The notes beneath the pieces are model-generated. The model was not told the DNA's origin. It saw only the letters and a list, made by a program, of their open reading frames with translations, and did not search any database. From an uncultured cyanobacterium (GTDB taxonomy: Bacteria > Cyanobacteriota > Cyanobacteriia > Phormidesmidales > Phormidesmidaceae), in the NCBI GenBank assembly GCA_963793265.1, contig CAWBZI010000001.1, positions 416,001 through 480,000 of the forward strand: 64,000 nucleotides of DNA, written 5' to 3'. Both the position numbers and the translations under genes were made by a program. Shown here one piece after another: positions 10,481 through 21,417 of this stretch (positions are counted from its first letter, which is position 1; the number at the start of each line of letters is the position of its first letter).

Positions 10481-10909
10481 ATGATGATGTTAACTGGAAT
10501 TAAAGCCTTTGAAGCCCGCTGGCAGTCACTTAAAAGCAGTTACGCCACAAGTTCTGCTGACAACCGCACGCTCATGCAAGCAATGGGACGACTGGTTGAT
10601 AACTATGCAACTCATGAAGAAATTTCTGAAGACCTATCTGACTCACTCAGCAGCCTATTTGACCAGTTAGTGGATGCCTACTTAAACGGCTGCTGGCTAG
10701 ATGATGTTGAAACCACTGGGCAAACCACCGAGCAAACCACCAAGCAAACCACTGAGCGCCCCCAAGTTTCGCCCGCACTGCTCGCCGCTCAACAAATGCG
10801 GCAGCGCCGAAAAATTCAGCCCACTCCCGCTAGCGAAGCAGAAACTTATGTGGTTCGCGATCGCGCTGAGCTATCAGTTGGCTCTGCGTTTGGTTCAGCT
10901 TTCAGCTAG
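10481..10909 (+). CDS. Hypothetical protein
   Basis: Fills the gap between the DUF62 gene and dnaX; no recognised domain. Confidence 0.55.
   Translation: MMMLTGIKAFEARWQSLKSSYATSSADNRTLMQAMGRLVDNYATHEEISEDLSDSLSSLFDQLVDAYLNGCWLDDVETTGQTTEQTTKQTTERPQVSPALLAAQQMRQRRKIQPTPASEAETYVVRDRAELSVGSAFGSAFS
10710..10757 (+). repeat. 4 x 12-bp imperfect tandem repeat (AAACCACYRRGC), coding TTGQ/TTEQ/TTKQ/TTE
   Basis: aaaccactgggc-aaaccaccgagc-aaaccaccaagc-aaaccactgagc. Confidence 0.85.
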
Positions 10910-11058
10910 CCATATGATTGCAAGTCTGCTAGAGACATCTGCAAAATACATACTCAATCGTTTAATGAAGACGATATCTTAGTAGCGGCGGTCGGCTTGC
11001 TCTAGCTTTGAAAGATTCTGAGTTCCACCGCTCGCTGTTTGCGTCAGGTTAGCTTAGT

Positions 11059-13188
11059 TTGTACGAACCTCTCCATCACAAATACAGACCCCAAACGTTT
11101 GCTCAACTCGTGGGCCAGGGGGCGATCGCCTCTACCCTCACGCACGCCCTCCAGCAAAACCGAATTGCCCCCGCCTACCTATTTTGCGGCCCACGCGGCA
11201 CCGGCAAAACCTCCAGCGCCCGCATTTTAGCCAAATCTCTCAACTGCTTAGAAGCGATCGCCCCTACCGCCGAGCCCTGCGGCAAGTGCGACGTATGCCT
11301 ATCTGTCAATCGTGGCAGTGCGCTCGATATCGTTGAGATTGATGCTGCCAGCAATACCGGCGTCGATAATATCCGTGAGCTGATTGAAAGAGCCCAGTTC
11401 GCACCTGTTCAGTGTCGGTACAAAGTATATGTAATCGACGAATGTCATATGCTTAGTACCGCCGCGTTCAATGCCTTGCTAAAGACGTTAGAAGAGCCAC
11501 CAGATAGAGTCGTTTTTGTGCTGGCGACAACCGATCCGCAGCGCGTTTTGCCAACGATTATTTCTCGCTGTCAGCGGTTCGATTTTCGTCGAATTCCCCT
11601 GCCTGCCATGATTAAGCACTTAACCTATATTGCCGATAAAGAATCGATCAATATTGCTGAAAGTGCTGTTCAGCTTGTCGCTCAAATCTCGCAAGGCGGC
11701 CTGAGAGATGCTGAAAGTTTGCTCGATCAGCTCAGCCTTCAGGCTGACGAGATTACGGTGGATTCGGTTTGGGAGCTGGTGGGGGCAGTGCCAGAACGGG
11801 ATTTGCTGAACTTGGTGCGGGCGATCGCAGCCGATGATGGCACCGCGCTCCTAGAAAGAGTCCGCAACCTAATGGACAAAGGCCGCGAGCCGCTGATTGT
11901 TCTGCAAAGTTTAGTAGGTTTTTACCGCGACTTGCTAATCGCAAAAAGTGCCCCAGCTCGCGCCGATATGGTCGCAATCACCCCAACCACTTGGGCAGAA
12001 ATGACCACGTTTGCCCAGCAGCTATCAGTGCCGCAGCTTCTAGCTAGCCAGCAAAAGCTACAGACCGCAGAAGTACAGGTGAAGAACACAACTCAGCCGC
12101 GCCTGTGGTTAGAGATTACGCTCTCAGGACTGCTGCCGAGTGCACTGGGTGCGCTAGCTCAACTATCCACCAGTCCCTCATCCAATCGTTCAGCCCGCTC
12201 AGTTTTATCTGTTGCTAATCCACCCGCCATATCCTCAGCGCCCAGCGGCCTACCTCCTATCAAAGCGCCTGCGGCTAACCCCACACCCCCCACTGAACCT
12301 GTATCCCAAAGTCCACCGCCAGAAGCGCCACCCTCTAAACCACCGTCACCCGAAGCGTCGCCAGAGTCGCCCCCTACCGAACCGCCCAAAGCTCCCCCGA
12401 CTTCACAAGATTTGCCGATCGCGCCAGCCGTCGCACCACCGCCACCCGAACCACCCGAACCCGAGCCAGAGCCACCCAGTGAAGTTGCCTTTGGCAGCTT
12501 AAGCGAACTGTGGACAAAGATCTTAGCGGCCTTAGCACCGAGAGGGACGCAAATGCTGATGTCTCAACAGGGCGTACTGTTGGGCTTTGATGGGGTCGGC
12601 GCTAAAGTCGGCTTTCGCTCTGCCTCACTGCAAAAGATGGCACAAGAGCGCATACCCAACTTAGAAGCCGCGTTTGAAAAGGTCTTTCAGCGTCCGATTA
12701 AAGTCTTTTTAGAAGTGGTTACAGCCGAGGAGCCACCAGAAAAAAAAACGAATAAGCCCTCAGATAATCCATCTAATTCATCTCAAGGGCGATCGCCCGC
12801 TCCCCCAACCAGCCGCACCGCGCCACCGCCACCACCTGCGCCTCCGAGCCCAGCTAATAAACGACCTTCAGACGCACCGTCTCCGGGTTCTCCCAATCAC
12901 TCACCTACAAATACATCACCCAACACCGATCCGTCTTCTAAAGACAAAAACCCTAGTGCGCCCCCTGAAAACCATTCTGATCGCCCACCATCACAGCCAC
13001 CCGACAAGCCACCTCTTCCCTCCAGCGGCGCACCCGATCTGGACTGGGCTAGAAACCAAGACCAAGACAACATCAAGCGATTTGCTCAGTTTTTTAACGG
13101 TCAAATTGTGAACTTAGACGACGAAGACGATGAGCAAAACCCACCGTCTCAAAAGTCCTCCGATCCTGGCCCAGACGTTCCCTTTTAG
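11059..13188 (+). CDS. dnaX: DNA polymerase III subunit gamma/tau
   Basis: YEPLHHKYRPQTF, Walker A GPRGTGKTS, EIDAASNTGVD, DECHMLS, SRC motif; proline-rich linkers; TTG start. Confidence 0.97.
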   Translation: MYEPLHHKYRPQTFAQLVGQGAIASTLTHALQQNRIAPAYLFCGPRGTGKTSSARILAKSLNCLEAIAPTAEPCGKCDVCLSVNRGSALDIVEIDAASNTGVDNIRELIERAQFAPVQCRYKVYVIDECHMLSTAAFNALLKTLEEPPDRVVFVLATTDPQRVLPTIISRCQRFDFRRIPLPAMIKHLTYIADKESINIAESAVQLVAQISQGGLRDAESLLDQLSLQADEITVDSVWELVGAVPERDLLNLVRAIAADDGTALLERVRNLMDKGREPLIVLQSLVGFYRDLLIAKSAPARADMVAITPTTWAEMTTFAQQLSVPQLLASQQKLQTAEVQVKNTTQPRLWLEITLSGLLPSALGALAQLSTSPSSNRSARSVLSVANPPAISSAPSGLPPIKAPAANPTPPTEPVSQSPPPEAPPSKPPSPEASPESPPTEPPKAPPTSQDLPIAPAVAPPPPEPPEPEPEPPSEVAFGSLSELWTKILAALAPRGTQMLMSQQGVLLGFDGVGAKVGFRSASLQKMAQERIPNLEAAFEKVFQRPIKVFLEVVTAEEPPEKKTNKPSDNPSNSSQGRSPAPPTSRTAPPPPPAPPSPANKRPSDAPSPGSPNHSPTNTSPNTDPSSKDKNPSAPPENHSDRPPSQPPDKPPLPSSGAPDLDWARNQDQDNIKRFAQFFNGQIVNLDDEDDEQNPPSQKSSDPGPDVPF

Positions 13189-15662
13189 CTGCGCAGGCTG
13201 ACCTTGTAGGTTTTCTCTAGCGCGGCGCGAACTTTTTGGTGCACTGGATCGATGTCTTTATCGGTGAGGGTGCGATCGCCCGCTCGATAAACCAATCTGA
13301 AGGCCAAAGACCGCTGCCCCTCCGGCACATTCTCTCCTCGATACTCATCAAAGAGCATCACGCCATCCAACAATTTTCCACCCGACTTACTGATCGAGCG
13401 TGTTAAGTCGGCAACAGACACGGTGATAGGCGCAAAGAAGGCCAAATCGCGGTCAGATGCGGGATAGGTAGAATAGGCAGCAAACTTCACGGCCTTTCCA
13501 CTCTTGCCGGTTAAGCACATTTCCAACACAGCCCAGTTAAGTTCAAAAACGTATACCTGATCGGGCAAACCGCTTTCTCTTTGTAGCTCAGGATGAAGCT
13601 GACCGAACTTACCCAGGCTTGTTTTTCCTCGCACAAATAGCTCAGCGGTACGTCCAGGGTGCAAGCGGCGATCACGATCGCTCGCGCGGTAGTCCACATC
13701 AATGCCCAAGTTATCAAACACGCATTGCAACATCCCTTTGGCTTCGTACCAAGTCATAGGCACTTCTTTGTTGCTAGTCACCCAGCGTCCGCGCCGCGCA
13801 TCACCGCCAACAATGCCGCCAACCTTAAGCGTTTCAACCGGGTCGCCGTCAGGATTATCTTCTGGTTTATTAAAAACATTGCCAATCTCAAAGGCATTGA
13901 GTGGGCCATTACCGTTGTCTATGTTGAGCTTATAGGCGTCTACTAGGCCATCAATTAGATCAATTCTTAATGCCGAATACTCTTTGAATAGCGGGTTAGC
14001 TAATACAACCTGTGGCTTTTGAGGATCGGTTCCAGTCAGAGAGTAGTGAATGGTTTCGGTGAGCCCAGCACCACGAAAAGCTGCGCGCAATCGCCTGGAT
14101 AAAGCAGCAGATTCGGTCAGGTACCCGCGTGATGTCTGAGTTGGCAATGTGTTGTCGAAGTGATCATAGCCATAGAGACGTGCAATCTCTTCTATTAAGT
14201 CAATCTCTCTTTCTAAGTCACGATAGCGGTAAGGCGGAACGGTGACCGTCCATGAATCTTCTTTCTCGGCTGCTGCCTGGCAGCCTAGCTTCTCTAGCAA
14301 CATTTCGATAGTTGCTTTATCCAGGAATTGAGGTTCCCCTTTATTAACGACTTTTCCAAGAATCTGATTGACTCTTTCTAGTCGAAGGGAGACTTCACGC
14401 GTGTGTGAGATCTCGCCTACTTCAGTACGATCTTCCGCCTGGCCAACTAGCGTAGCACCTGCAATTTCCTGTAGAAGTTGAAGGGCGCGATCGCTTGCCA
14501 AGCTCAGTTCAGCCGGGTTCACACCGCGTTCGTAGCGAGCAGAGGCTTCGGTTCTCAAGCCTTGCGATCGCGCTGACTTACGAATCGCCGCCGAGTCAAA
14601 ATAAGCCGCCTCTAAAAACACTTTTTGGGTGCTATCTACCACTTCCGTATCAGCGCCGCCCATCACACCTGCTAAGGCTACCGGCACATCATTAGCCGTA
14701 ATCAACAGCGTTTGCTCAGCGAGCTGCCTTTCTTTATCATCCAAAGTAACCAGCGTCTCCTCTGCTTTGGCATAGCGTACGTCAACGGTGAGCGCCGACG
14801 CTTGGCCTGCCCCTGTTAGTCGCTCAAGATCAAAGGCGTGTAAAGGCTGACCCCATTCCAACAGTACGTAGTTAGTGACATCTACCACATTATTAATCGC
14901 TCTCGTGCCAGCGGCTACTAGGCGCTGCTGTAGCCAGGCAGGCGAAGGGGCGATTTTAATACCTTCTAAAACGCTGCCTATATATATAGGACAGGCTTTC
15001 GGATCGCTAAGTGCGATCGCCACATCTCCTACCTGAGTTTGAGTCTGCTCACCTGCGGCTGTATCTGAAACAGGTAGCTTAAGCGGATTGCCGGTAATCG
15101 CCGCAATCTCGCGAGCAATACCCACCATACTCAGCGCGTCGGCCCGGTTAGCTGTAGAGGTAATATCTAAGACAAAATCATTCAGTCCCAGCAGCGGACG
15201 CACGTCTTGACCAGCGGCGATCTCTCCTCGCTCAAAGCTAGCCTCATCAAAGATATAAATACCTTCCGAGTCTTTAGCGAGCCCTAGTTCTGAAAGTGAA
15301 CAAATCATCCCGGCTGAGGGCACACCCCGTAGCTCGCGGGGCTTGATTTTAAGATCGACTTGAGGCAAATAGCTGCCGACCGTCGCCACCGGCACGCACA
15401 TATCTGCGCCAACGTTCGCGGCCCCGCACACAATCGTAGAATTCTCTGCTGCGCCAATATCAACCGTACACACGCTCAGCTTCTCAGCATCAGGATGCAG
15501 CTCGCGCGTTAGCACTCGACCCACCACCACGCCATCAGCCCAGCTTTGACGATCTTCAATATTTTCTACCTCAAAGCCTGCCATGGTCAGAGCATCGGCT
15601 AGCGCTTCAGGAGAAAGATCAAATTCGACAAGCTCTTTGAGCCAATTAACAGAAACACGCAT
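13185..15662 (-). CDS. pheT: Phenylalanine--tRNA ligase beta subunit
   Basis: MRVSVNWLKELV, TANRADALSMVGIARE, REIDLIEEIARLYGY, C-terminal anticodon-binding domain. Confidence 0.98.
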   Translation of the reverse strand: MRVSVNWLKELVEFDLSPEALADALTMAGFEVENIEDRQSWADGVVVGRVLTRELHPDAEKLSVCTVDIGAAENSTIVCGAANVGADMCVPVATVGSYLPQVDLKIKPRELRGVPSAGMICSLSELGLAKDSEGIYIFDEASFERGEIAAGQDVRPLLGLNDFVLDITSTANRADALSMVGIAREIAAITGNPLKLPVSDTAAGEQTQTQVGDVAIALSDPKACPIYIGSVLEGIKIAPSPAWLQQRLVAAGTRAINNVVDVTNYVLLEWGQPLHAFDLERLTGAGQASALTVDVRYAKAEETLVTLDDKERQLAEQTLLITANDVPVALAGVMGGADTEVVDSTQKVFLEAAYFDSAAIRKSARSQGLRTEASARYERGVNPAELSLASDRALQLLQEIAGATLVGQAEDRTEVGEISHTREVSLRLERVNQILGKVVNKGEPQFLDKATIEMLLEKLGCQAAAEKEDSWTVTVPPYRYRDLEREIDLIEEIARLYGYDHFDNTLPTQTSRGYLTESAALSRRLRAAFRGAGLTETIHYSLTGTDPQKPQVVLANPLFKEYSALRIDLIDGLVDAYKLNIDNGNGPLNAFEIGNVFNKPEDNPDGDPVETLKVGGIVGGDARRGRWVTSNKEVPMTWYEAKGMLQCVFDNLGIDVDYRASDRDRRLHPGRTAELFVRGKTSLGKFGQLHPELQRESGLPDQVYVFELNWAVLEMCLTGKSGKAVKFAAYSTYPASDRDLAFFAPITVSVADLTRSISKSGGKLLDGVMLFDEYRGENVPEGQRSLAFRLVYRAGDRTLTDKDIDPVHQKVRAALEKTYKVSLRS

Positions 15663-15908
15663 GAGAAGACGGGCGCTTTTGCCACCGCGATAAAGATAGT
15701 CGTAGGAAAGGCTTTGAAAATGCGCCTACAGGCGTCTCCAAACCTCGACCTATCGTACTATAGCGCCTCGTACTGTAGCGCCTCATCTCATCCATCAAGT
15801 TTCTTACTTTTCTGCTTCTATCGCCTTTCCACAAGCGGGAATACTGGGGCAACAGCCATTCTACAGCCGCCTCTTCTTGTAGGATTTTGTCTTTTTTTCC
15901 CACCTGTA

Positions 15909-17435
15909 ATGACCTATTGCATAGCCACAGGCTGTCCTAAGCCCAAAAACGCTCCCAACGCTCGGCTCTGTAAAACCTGTGGCAGCAAGCTTTGGCTGCG
16001 CGATCGCTACAGAGTATTAGGTGCACTCGGTCGTGGTGGCTTTGGCGCAACTTTCCTAGCTCGCGATCAGTTACTTCCAGGCTATCCTTCTTGCGTCATC
16101 AAACAGCTTAGGCCCACCACCGAAGTGCCTAGCCTATTAGAAATGGCCCGAGATCTCTTTCAGCGCGAGGCCAATATCTTAGGCAAAATTGGCAATCATC
16201 CGCAGCTACCGCGCCTGCTTGACTACTTTGAGATGGCGCATGAGTTTTACTTAGTGCAAGAGTACGTCAGCGGTTCTACGCTGCAAAAAGAAGTGAAGCA
16301 CGGTGGCCCGTTTACAGAAGTCGGCGTAAAGCAGTTTTTAACTGAGATTTTGCCGGTTGTGCAATACATTCACAGCAATAAAATCATCCATCGCGATATT
16401 AAGCCCGCTAACTTAATCCGCCGCGACCAGGATAAGCAGCTCGTGATGATCGACTTCGGCGCAGTCAAAGATAAGGTCAGCGCGCCAAATATCGATCCGT
16501 CTGATGAGTCTGCGCTGACGGCCTATGCTATCGGTACGCCAGGGTACGCACCGCCTGAGCAAATGGCAATGCGCCCTGTCTATGCCAGTGATTTGTACGC
16601 AATTGGCGTGACCTGCGTATTTTTATTAACGGGGCGATCGCCCAAGGACTTTCCCTACGATCCGCACACTGGCGAACTCCGCTGGCAAGACTACACCGTC
16701 GTTAGCAGCCACTTTAGTAAAGTACTGCGCAAAATGCTCGATATCTCCGTACACAGCCGCTATCAAATGGCCGCAGATATTCTGCGCGACATAGAAATAG
16801 AGCCCTATCTAGATAGCCTTTCACAGAATTTAGCCTTTTCAATCACTGCCGGTAGCACCGCGCCAACTGCCCAAGCCTCAGAAGCCTCAGAAGCGCCTCG
16901 CGTTTCGCCCTCATCCCGAATGGCCGAAGCGATCAGAGCCCGGCGAGAGCGGCGCAATAACAAAGCAGACACTCCCTACAAAGGCACGGAGCGGCGGCGC
17001 CCTCAAAAGCCAACAGTGCAATCTTTAATCGAGAACTACGGAAAAGGACAGCGCGATTTCTCCGAGCAAATCTTCAGTCAGCTTGACCTGCATAAGCAGT
17101 TGCTCGCGGGGGCCAGTTTTGCAAAAGCGACGCTTGCCAGTGCCAATTTATCAGGCGCAGATCTGTCTAATACAAACTTTAGTCGCGCCAACTTAGGTCA
17201 GGCCACGCTCAAAAATGCCAAACTCGTAGGCGCTTATCTCTGTGGCGCTAAGCTAGAGGGCGCTGATCTGCGCGGCGCGAATCTCTCAAAGGCGAGTTTA
17301 GAATCAGCGCGTCTCAAAGATGCTAACCTCTGCGGTGCCGACTTAACGGGGGCTACGATCAGTGAAGCTCAGTTGGCTGTAGCGCGAACCAACTGGGCTA
17401 CCATTCATCCCAATGGCAAACGGCTGTTCCGCTAG
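15909..17435 (+). CDS. Ser/Thr protein kinase with N-terminal zinc finger and C-terminal pentapeptide repeats (SpkB-like)
   Basis: MTYCIATGC..CKTCG, GRGGFG, HRDIKPAN, DFG, GTPGYAPPEQ; A(N/D)LxxA repeats. Confidence 0.92.
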   Translation: MTYCIATGCPKPKNAPNARLCKTCGSKLWLRDRYRVLGALGRGGFGATFLARDQLLPGYPSCVIKQLRPTTEVPSLLEMARDLFQREANILGKIGNHPQLPRLLDYFEMAHEFYLVQEYVSGSTLQKEVKHGGPFTEVGVKQFLTEILPVVQYIHSNKIIHRDIKPANLIRRDQDKQLVMIDFGAVKDKVSAPNIDPSDESALTAYAIGTPGYAPPEQMAMRPVYASDLYAIGVTCVFLLTGRSPKDFPYDPHTGELRWQDYTVVSSHFSKVLRKMLDISVHSRYQMAADILRDIEIEPYLDSLSQNLAFSITAGSTAPTAQASEASEAPRVSPSSRMAEAIRARRERRNNKADTPYKGTERRRPQKPTVQSLIENYGKGQRDFSEQIFSQLDLHKQLLAGASFAKATLASANLSGADLSNTNFSRANLGQATLKNAKLVGAYLCGAKLEGADLRGANLSKASLESARLKDANLCGADLTGATISEAQLAVARTNWATIHPNGKRLFR

Positions 17436-17546
17436 TAGTCTATGACTGAGACTGTAAATCTATAGGGCTGAGATCTTTAGAGTAAACTACAAAAGCTCCC
17501 TCGCGCCCGCTAAACTAATAGCAGATCTTATGAGGAAGTCGATTGT

Positions 17547-17768
17547 ATGTTTGTAGATGAGCTAACCCCTTTCGTGCGGGAGCTGGCCCGTCAGCCAGTT
17601 GCGTTTTGTGGTGGTTTCTTTTCAGGTATTTTTGGCCTGGACTTAAACGAAGACCCTGTTAGAACTTGGTTAGGAAAGCAAGGAGCAGCCCCTACTGGCA
17701 GCACGCTTGAAAGTTCAGCGCCTACCAACAATTCAGCCAAAGGCCCACAGTCTATCGATATTGACTAG
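17547..17768 (+). CDS. Small conserved cyanobacterial/plastid protein (UPF0426-like)
   Basis: MFVDEL.P...QPVAF.GGF.SG...L.L.EDPV..WL...GPQSIDID pattern. Confidence 0.75.
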   Translation: MFVDELTPFVRELARQPVAFCGGFFSGIFGLDLNEDPVRTWLGKQGAAPTGSTLESSAPTNNSAKGPQSIDID

Positions 17769-17785
17769 CTAACACTAGCTCGATA

Positions 17786-18529
17786 CTAGGCTGAAAGTTC
17801 TAAGCTGCTGAGCCACTTCAGCACTCGGCAGCTTAGTGCACTGTGTTGAACGCTATTACAAGGCGACTCAGTGGCATACGACAATTGCAAAGCGAGTGCT
17901 TTACGGTAGTCGGCAATCGCACAGTTCCAGTCGCCATCCAAATGATAAACGCGCCCTCTCTCTGCATAGAGCGCAGCGTTTTGCGGCTGAAAAATTATCG
18001 CGACATCCAGGCAAATCAAAGCTTCTTCATAGTCGCCCAGTTCTCTAAAGGTGATGGCCTGGTTAAGCCGGGCACGAATGTTGAGCGGGTTGAGATCGAT
18101 GGCTGTATCGTAGTCAGCGATCGCCTCAGTCCAATCTTGCTGAATGGCATATAAATTGCCACGGTTGTTATAGGCCCGGTCTAGCTCTGGATTAATCGCT
18201 AGCGCCTGGTTGTAGTCGAGCAAGGCATTTTCATATTGATAGCGTGAGTAGTGCATCAGGCCGCGATTGCTGTAGTGCTCCGCTTTATTAGGTTCGCAGG
18301 CAATCAGCCGACTGAGCAAAGCAATGGCCCTAGCGTAGTTCTTCTTCTTAGCAGCGAGGCTAGCCTGCCTGTTGATCAATATGTTGAAGTCTGCTTGAGA
18401 AAGGCAGCTACTGGCTCTAAATCGATTACTCCCTATCGACTTGCGCGCTGGCTGATAGGTGGGCTTGAAAAGCATGGTACTTGGATAGCGAATAGCGGCG
18501 CTGATATGGCTGGCGTCTGGTGAGTGCAT
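17786..18529 (-). CDS. Tetratricopeptide repeat protein
   Basis: Repeated (AY)NNRG..Y...A..DY..A..L.P units. Confidence 0.85.
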   Translation of the reverse strand: MHSPDASHISAAIRYPSTMLFKPTYQPARKSIGSNRFRASSCLSQADFNILINRQASLAAKKKNYARAIALLSRLIACEPNKAEHYSNRGLMHYSRYQYENALLDYNQALAINPELDRAYNNRGNLYAIQQDWTEAIADYDTAIDLNPLNIRARLNQAITFRELGDYEEALICLDVAIIFQPQNAALYAERGRVYHLDGDWNCAIADYRKALALQLSYATESPCNSVQHSALSCRVLKWLSSLELSA

Positions 18530-18991
18530 AGGTAGAAAAGTCCTTGTTTAAAAGAATGCATCATATATAGAGATGTGAAAGTAGTGGTGCAAGAGCTACT
18601 AATCAATGCATAAGGCTATCTACCGACATAGGTTCAATGGAGCTTCGCGAGCGCTTCGATTGAAACGCAGATTGAAGCATTTGTTACAAATCAATAAATC
18701 AATTTTATTTACATGTAACGTTGTTGATGAAATCCTCTCACGGGGCTACAGACAAACTAAACCGAGAAAGAACGTAGTAACTGCTGCCTTTCTGGCCAAC
18801 AAAAGTTGATATATCGGTGTAACTACTGAAAAAATAGTTGGCAAGATCGGTATTTTCCCTTGGCCATTAGATAGATATAAAGGTAACCATGCCCGCCACT
18901 TAAAATGTCATCTGAGGACTGATTACCGTTTGCAGCGTTTCCAAAAGATTTGTTACGTTCCTTCTGGTAGCATTTCAACAGAAATAGACAA

Positions 18992-19032
18992 AAAACAGGC
19001 GATCGCCCTATGTCTGAGCGATCGCCTGTTTT
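18992..19032 (-). terminator. Intrinsic terminator of psbK built from two HIP1 sites
   Basis: aaaacaggcgatcgc...gcgatcgcctgtttt inverted repeat with a T-run on the minus strand. Confidence 0.75.
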
Positions 19033-19082
19033 GCAATGATTCGATTGTCTGTAGCGCTATCGCAAAAAGCTAATAAGCTAGC

Positions 19083-19220
19083 TTACCTGAAGCCAACGGA
19101 AGCCTGCCACACGAAAGCAAGCAGCAAAAAGAAGATGGGAAGAATTGGCAAAACGTCAATAAGGGGGCCAAATGCGCGATATGCCTCAGGGAGGGTCGCT
19201 ATCAGCAGTGCTGCTTGCAT
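19083..19220 (-). CDS. psbK: Photosystem II reaction centre protein K
   Basis: Manual translation [45 protein letters not shown] (45 aa; below the ORF-track cutoff). Confidence 0.97.
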   Translation of the reverse strand: MQAALLIATLPEAYRAFGPLIDVLPILPIFFLLLAFVWQASVGFR

Positions 19221-19356
19221 GGGGTTGGTATCTCCAAGTGCTTGTTGTTATAGTTGACGATATTTTATCACGAGTCTGTGGTGTAGCTATCATCATGTCC
19301 TCTCGTAGCTTGGGCATCGCCGCCTGCTAGTTGCGCTTGTATGAAGGCTTTTCTTT

Positions 19357-20475
19357 TCAGGTCAACCAGTGCTTAAATTCCTCAGCAAACGTGTCGTTCA
19401 AAATAGCATCGCGTATGGCTTGAGTGAAGCGAATCAGCTCAGTAATATTGTGAATCGATAGCAGCGTATAGGCCAGTAGCTCTTTGGCATGAAGCAGGTG
19501 ACAGATGTATGCCCTCGTAAAGGTTTGGCAGGTGTAGCAGGGGCAGCTATCGTCTATGGGCGTTAAGTCCTGTCGAAATCGTGCGTTTTTAAGGTTCCAG
19601 CGATCGCCCTGCCCGCTCACGCCACCTGTCAGCGCCGCACCATGCCTGGCGAGCCGAGTTGGAATTACACAGTCAAATAGATCAATGCCTGCTGCGATCG
19701 CCTGTGCCATCTCCTTATAGGTACCTACGCCCATCAAGTAGCGCGGCTTGTCTTCAGGCAGTAGCGGCGCGGTCGCCTGCACAATCTTCTCAATCAGCGC
19801 TGGCGGCTCTCCTACGCTCACCCCACCCACCGCATAGCCGGGCAAGTCTAAATCTGCAAGCGCCTTAGCCGCTTCAGAACGTAAGTCTAAGTACGTGCCG
19901 CCTTGCACAATGCCAAACAGCGCCTGATCATCACGGTCGTGCGCGCTAATACACCGCTTTAGCCAGCGATAAGTCCGCTCAGTTGCTGCCACCACCGCCT
20001 CCCGCGTAGCTGGATAGGGCGGACACTCATCGAAGGCCATAATCACATCTGCCCCCAGCTTGTTCTGAATCTCAATAGAACGCTCAGGCGGCATCTCAAT
20101 AATCCGTCCGTCCCGTGGCGATCGAAACGTAGCGCCTTCATCGGTAACGGTACGCATTTCGCTCAGGCTAAAAACCTGAAACCCACCTGAGTCAGTCAGC
20201 ATAGGGCCACCCCAGCCCATGAACTTGTGCACACCGCCCGCGGCTGCAACCAAATCCTCTCCTGGCTGCAAGTGCAGATGGTAGGTATTAGAAAGCACCA
20301 TTTCAGCGTTACAGCTTTTGAGCTGATCGGGCGTGATGGTCTTTACGTTTGCAAGGGTGCCTACCGGCATAAACCGAGGCGTATGCACATCGCCATGGGG
20401 CGTATGAAATATGCCCGCGCGCGCTTGCGTGCAGCCACACTTTGCCTGAAGGCGGTAGGAAAAGGCTTTGGTCAC
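19357..20475 (-). CDS. tgt: tRNA-guanine transglycosylase
   Basis: [35 protein letters not shown]-x-C-x2-C...H zinc site. Confidence 0.97.
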   Translation of the reverse strand: MTKAFSYRLQAKCGCTQARAGIFHTPHGDVHTPRFMPVGTLANVKTITPDQLKSCNAEMVLSNTYHLHLQPGEDLVAAAGGVHKFMGWGGPMLTDSGGFQVFSLSEMRTVTDEGATFRSPRDGRIIEMPPERSIEIQNKLGADVIMAFDECPPYPATREAVVAATERTYRWLKRCISAHDRDDQALFGIVQGGTYLDLRSEAAKALADLDLPGYAVGGVSVGEPPALIEKIVQATAPLLPEDKPRYLMGVGTYKEMAQAIAAGIDLFDCVIPTRLARHGAALTGGVSGQGDRWNLKNARFRQDLTPIDDSCPCYTCQTFTRAYICHLLHAKELLAYTLLSIHNITELIRFTQAIRDAILNDTFAEEFKHWLT

Positions 20476-20511
20476 TTAAATGTATTAAAGAAAGAGCCCC
20501 ATTTTAGACTG

Positions 20512-20970
20512 CTATGGCAGGTTGCGCTCGTCATCAAGAGAGGCATCCCAGCTTGCAGATAGCGCTTCATTGACAATAGCTTCTAAGGTTGCAGCGTCTA
20601 GCGTTCCGGTAGCCGGTGATTCTTGCGTAGCAGGCAAGGGCATCAAGCACAGGCAGCGACTGTCTTGAACCAACGCAAAGGTCGTCTCGGCTGCGTGGGT
20701 AATAATTTCCAAATAGTCGAAGCTGTGGACGTTCAAATAAAGACTGCAATTGGCAACAATCGTCGCTTGTGCGGGATCTGCAAAAGCCTCCATCACACAC
20801 CCTTCGCCAGTGTTGGTAATTTGAGAGTCTTGCTTGTGTATGTACTTGACCCTACGTAAACCTTTGAGAAGCCTCAACATGTCACTTTTGTTGACGACAA
20901 TACCATTGTCAACGAAGCAAGGCGCGGGCAGATAGCTGGAGTCGTTAGGTTTCATTTGGAAGGGCTGCAT
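20512..20970 (-). CDS. Conserved cyanobacterial hypothetical protein
   Basis: PAPC..D.GIVVNK.DM.RLL..L..V.Y...ANCSLYLNV.SFDYL pattern; co-oriented with tgt. Confidence 0.7.
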   Translation of the reverse strand: MQPFQMKPNDSSYLPAPCFVDNGIVVNKSDMLRLLKGLRRVKYIHKQDSQITNTGEGCVMEAFADPAQATIVANCSLYLNVHSFDYLEIITHAAETTFALVQDSRCLCLMPLPATQESPATGTLDAATLEAIVNEALSASWDASLDDERNLP

Positions 20971-21417
20971 AGTTAGGCCAACGAAAAGAAAAGACCGAGA
21001 TAAGAGCGCGGAAGAACCCTTAAAAATTGATAGATCGATTGCTTCTGAGATTGGCGGTAGTGGGTCAAGATTAAGGGTAATTAATCAGGTGCGAACTTTA
21101 TTTTAGTTGCGCGAATATACCCTCACGATATACGAATATTATCGGATCGCCATACCAGAAACGTAAGATCTTGAAATACTTCATAAGGGAGATTTCCGCT
21201 GTGTGAAGTCATGAACTGAACAGGTTGCTTAATTCGGTAATAATTGCTCGAAATTAGCCATTTTTCTCTTTATTTACAGGTGTTTTACTTATCAAGGAGA
21301 GATGAAAGTTTGTCAGTACTCTTACGGTACACATCTATAAGCTGTGAGGCCGTGACTTAGTTGTATGTCTGATTTGTCTATGCTTGTAGGAATATATGCG
21401 GATGTTGTTAAAATTGA

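Noticed and set aside
11059..13188. Intein in dnaX
   Set aside because: The AAA+ region is contiguous (VIDECHMLS) and the extra length is Pro-rich linker; no splicing motifs seen.
18606..19257. Plus-strand ORFs 18606-18809 and 19036-19257
   Set aside because: The first is featureless intergenic sequence; the second is the antisense shadow of psbK.
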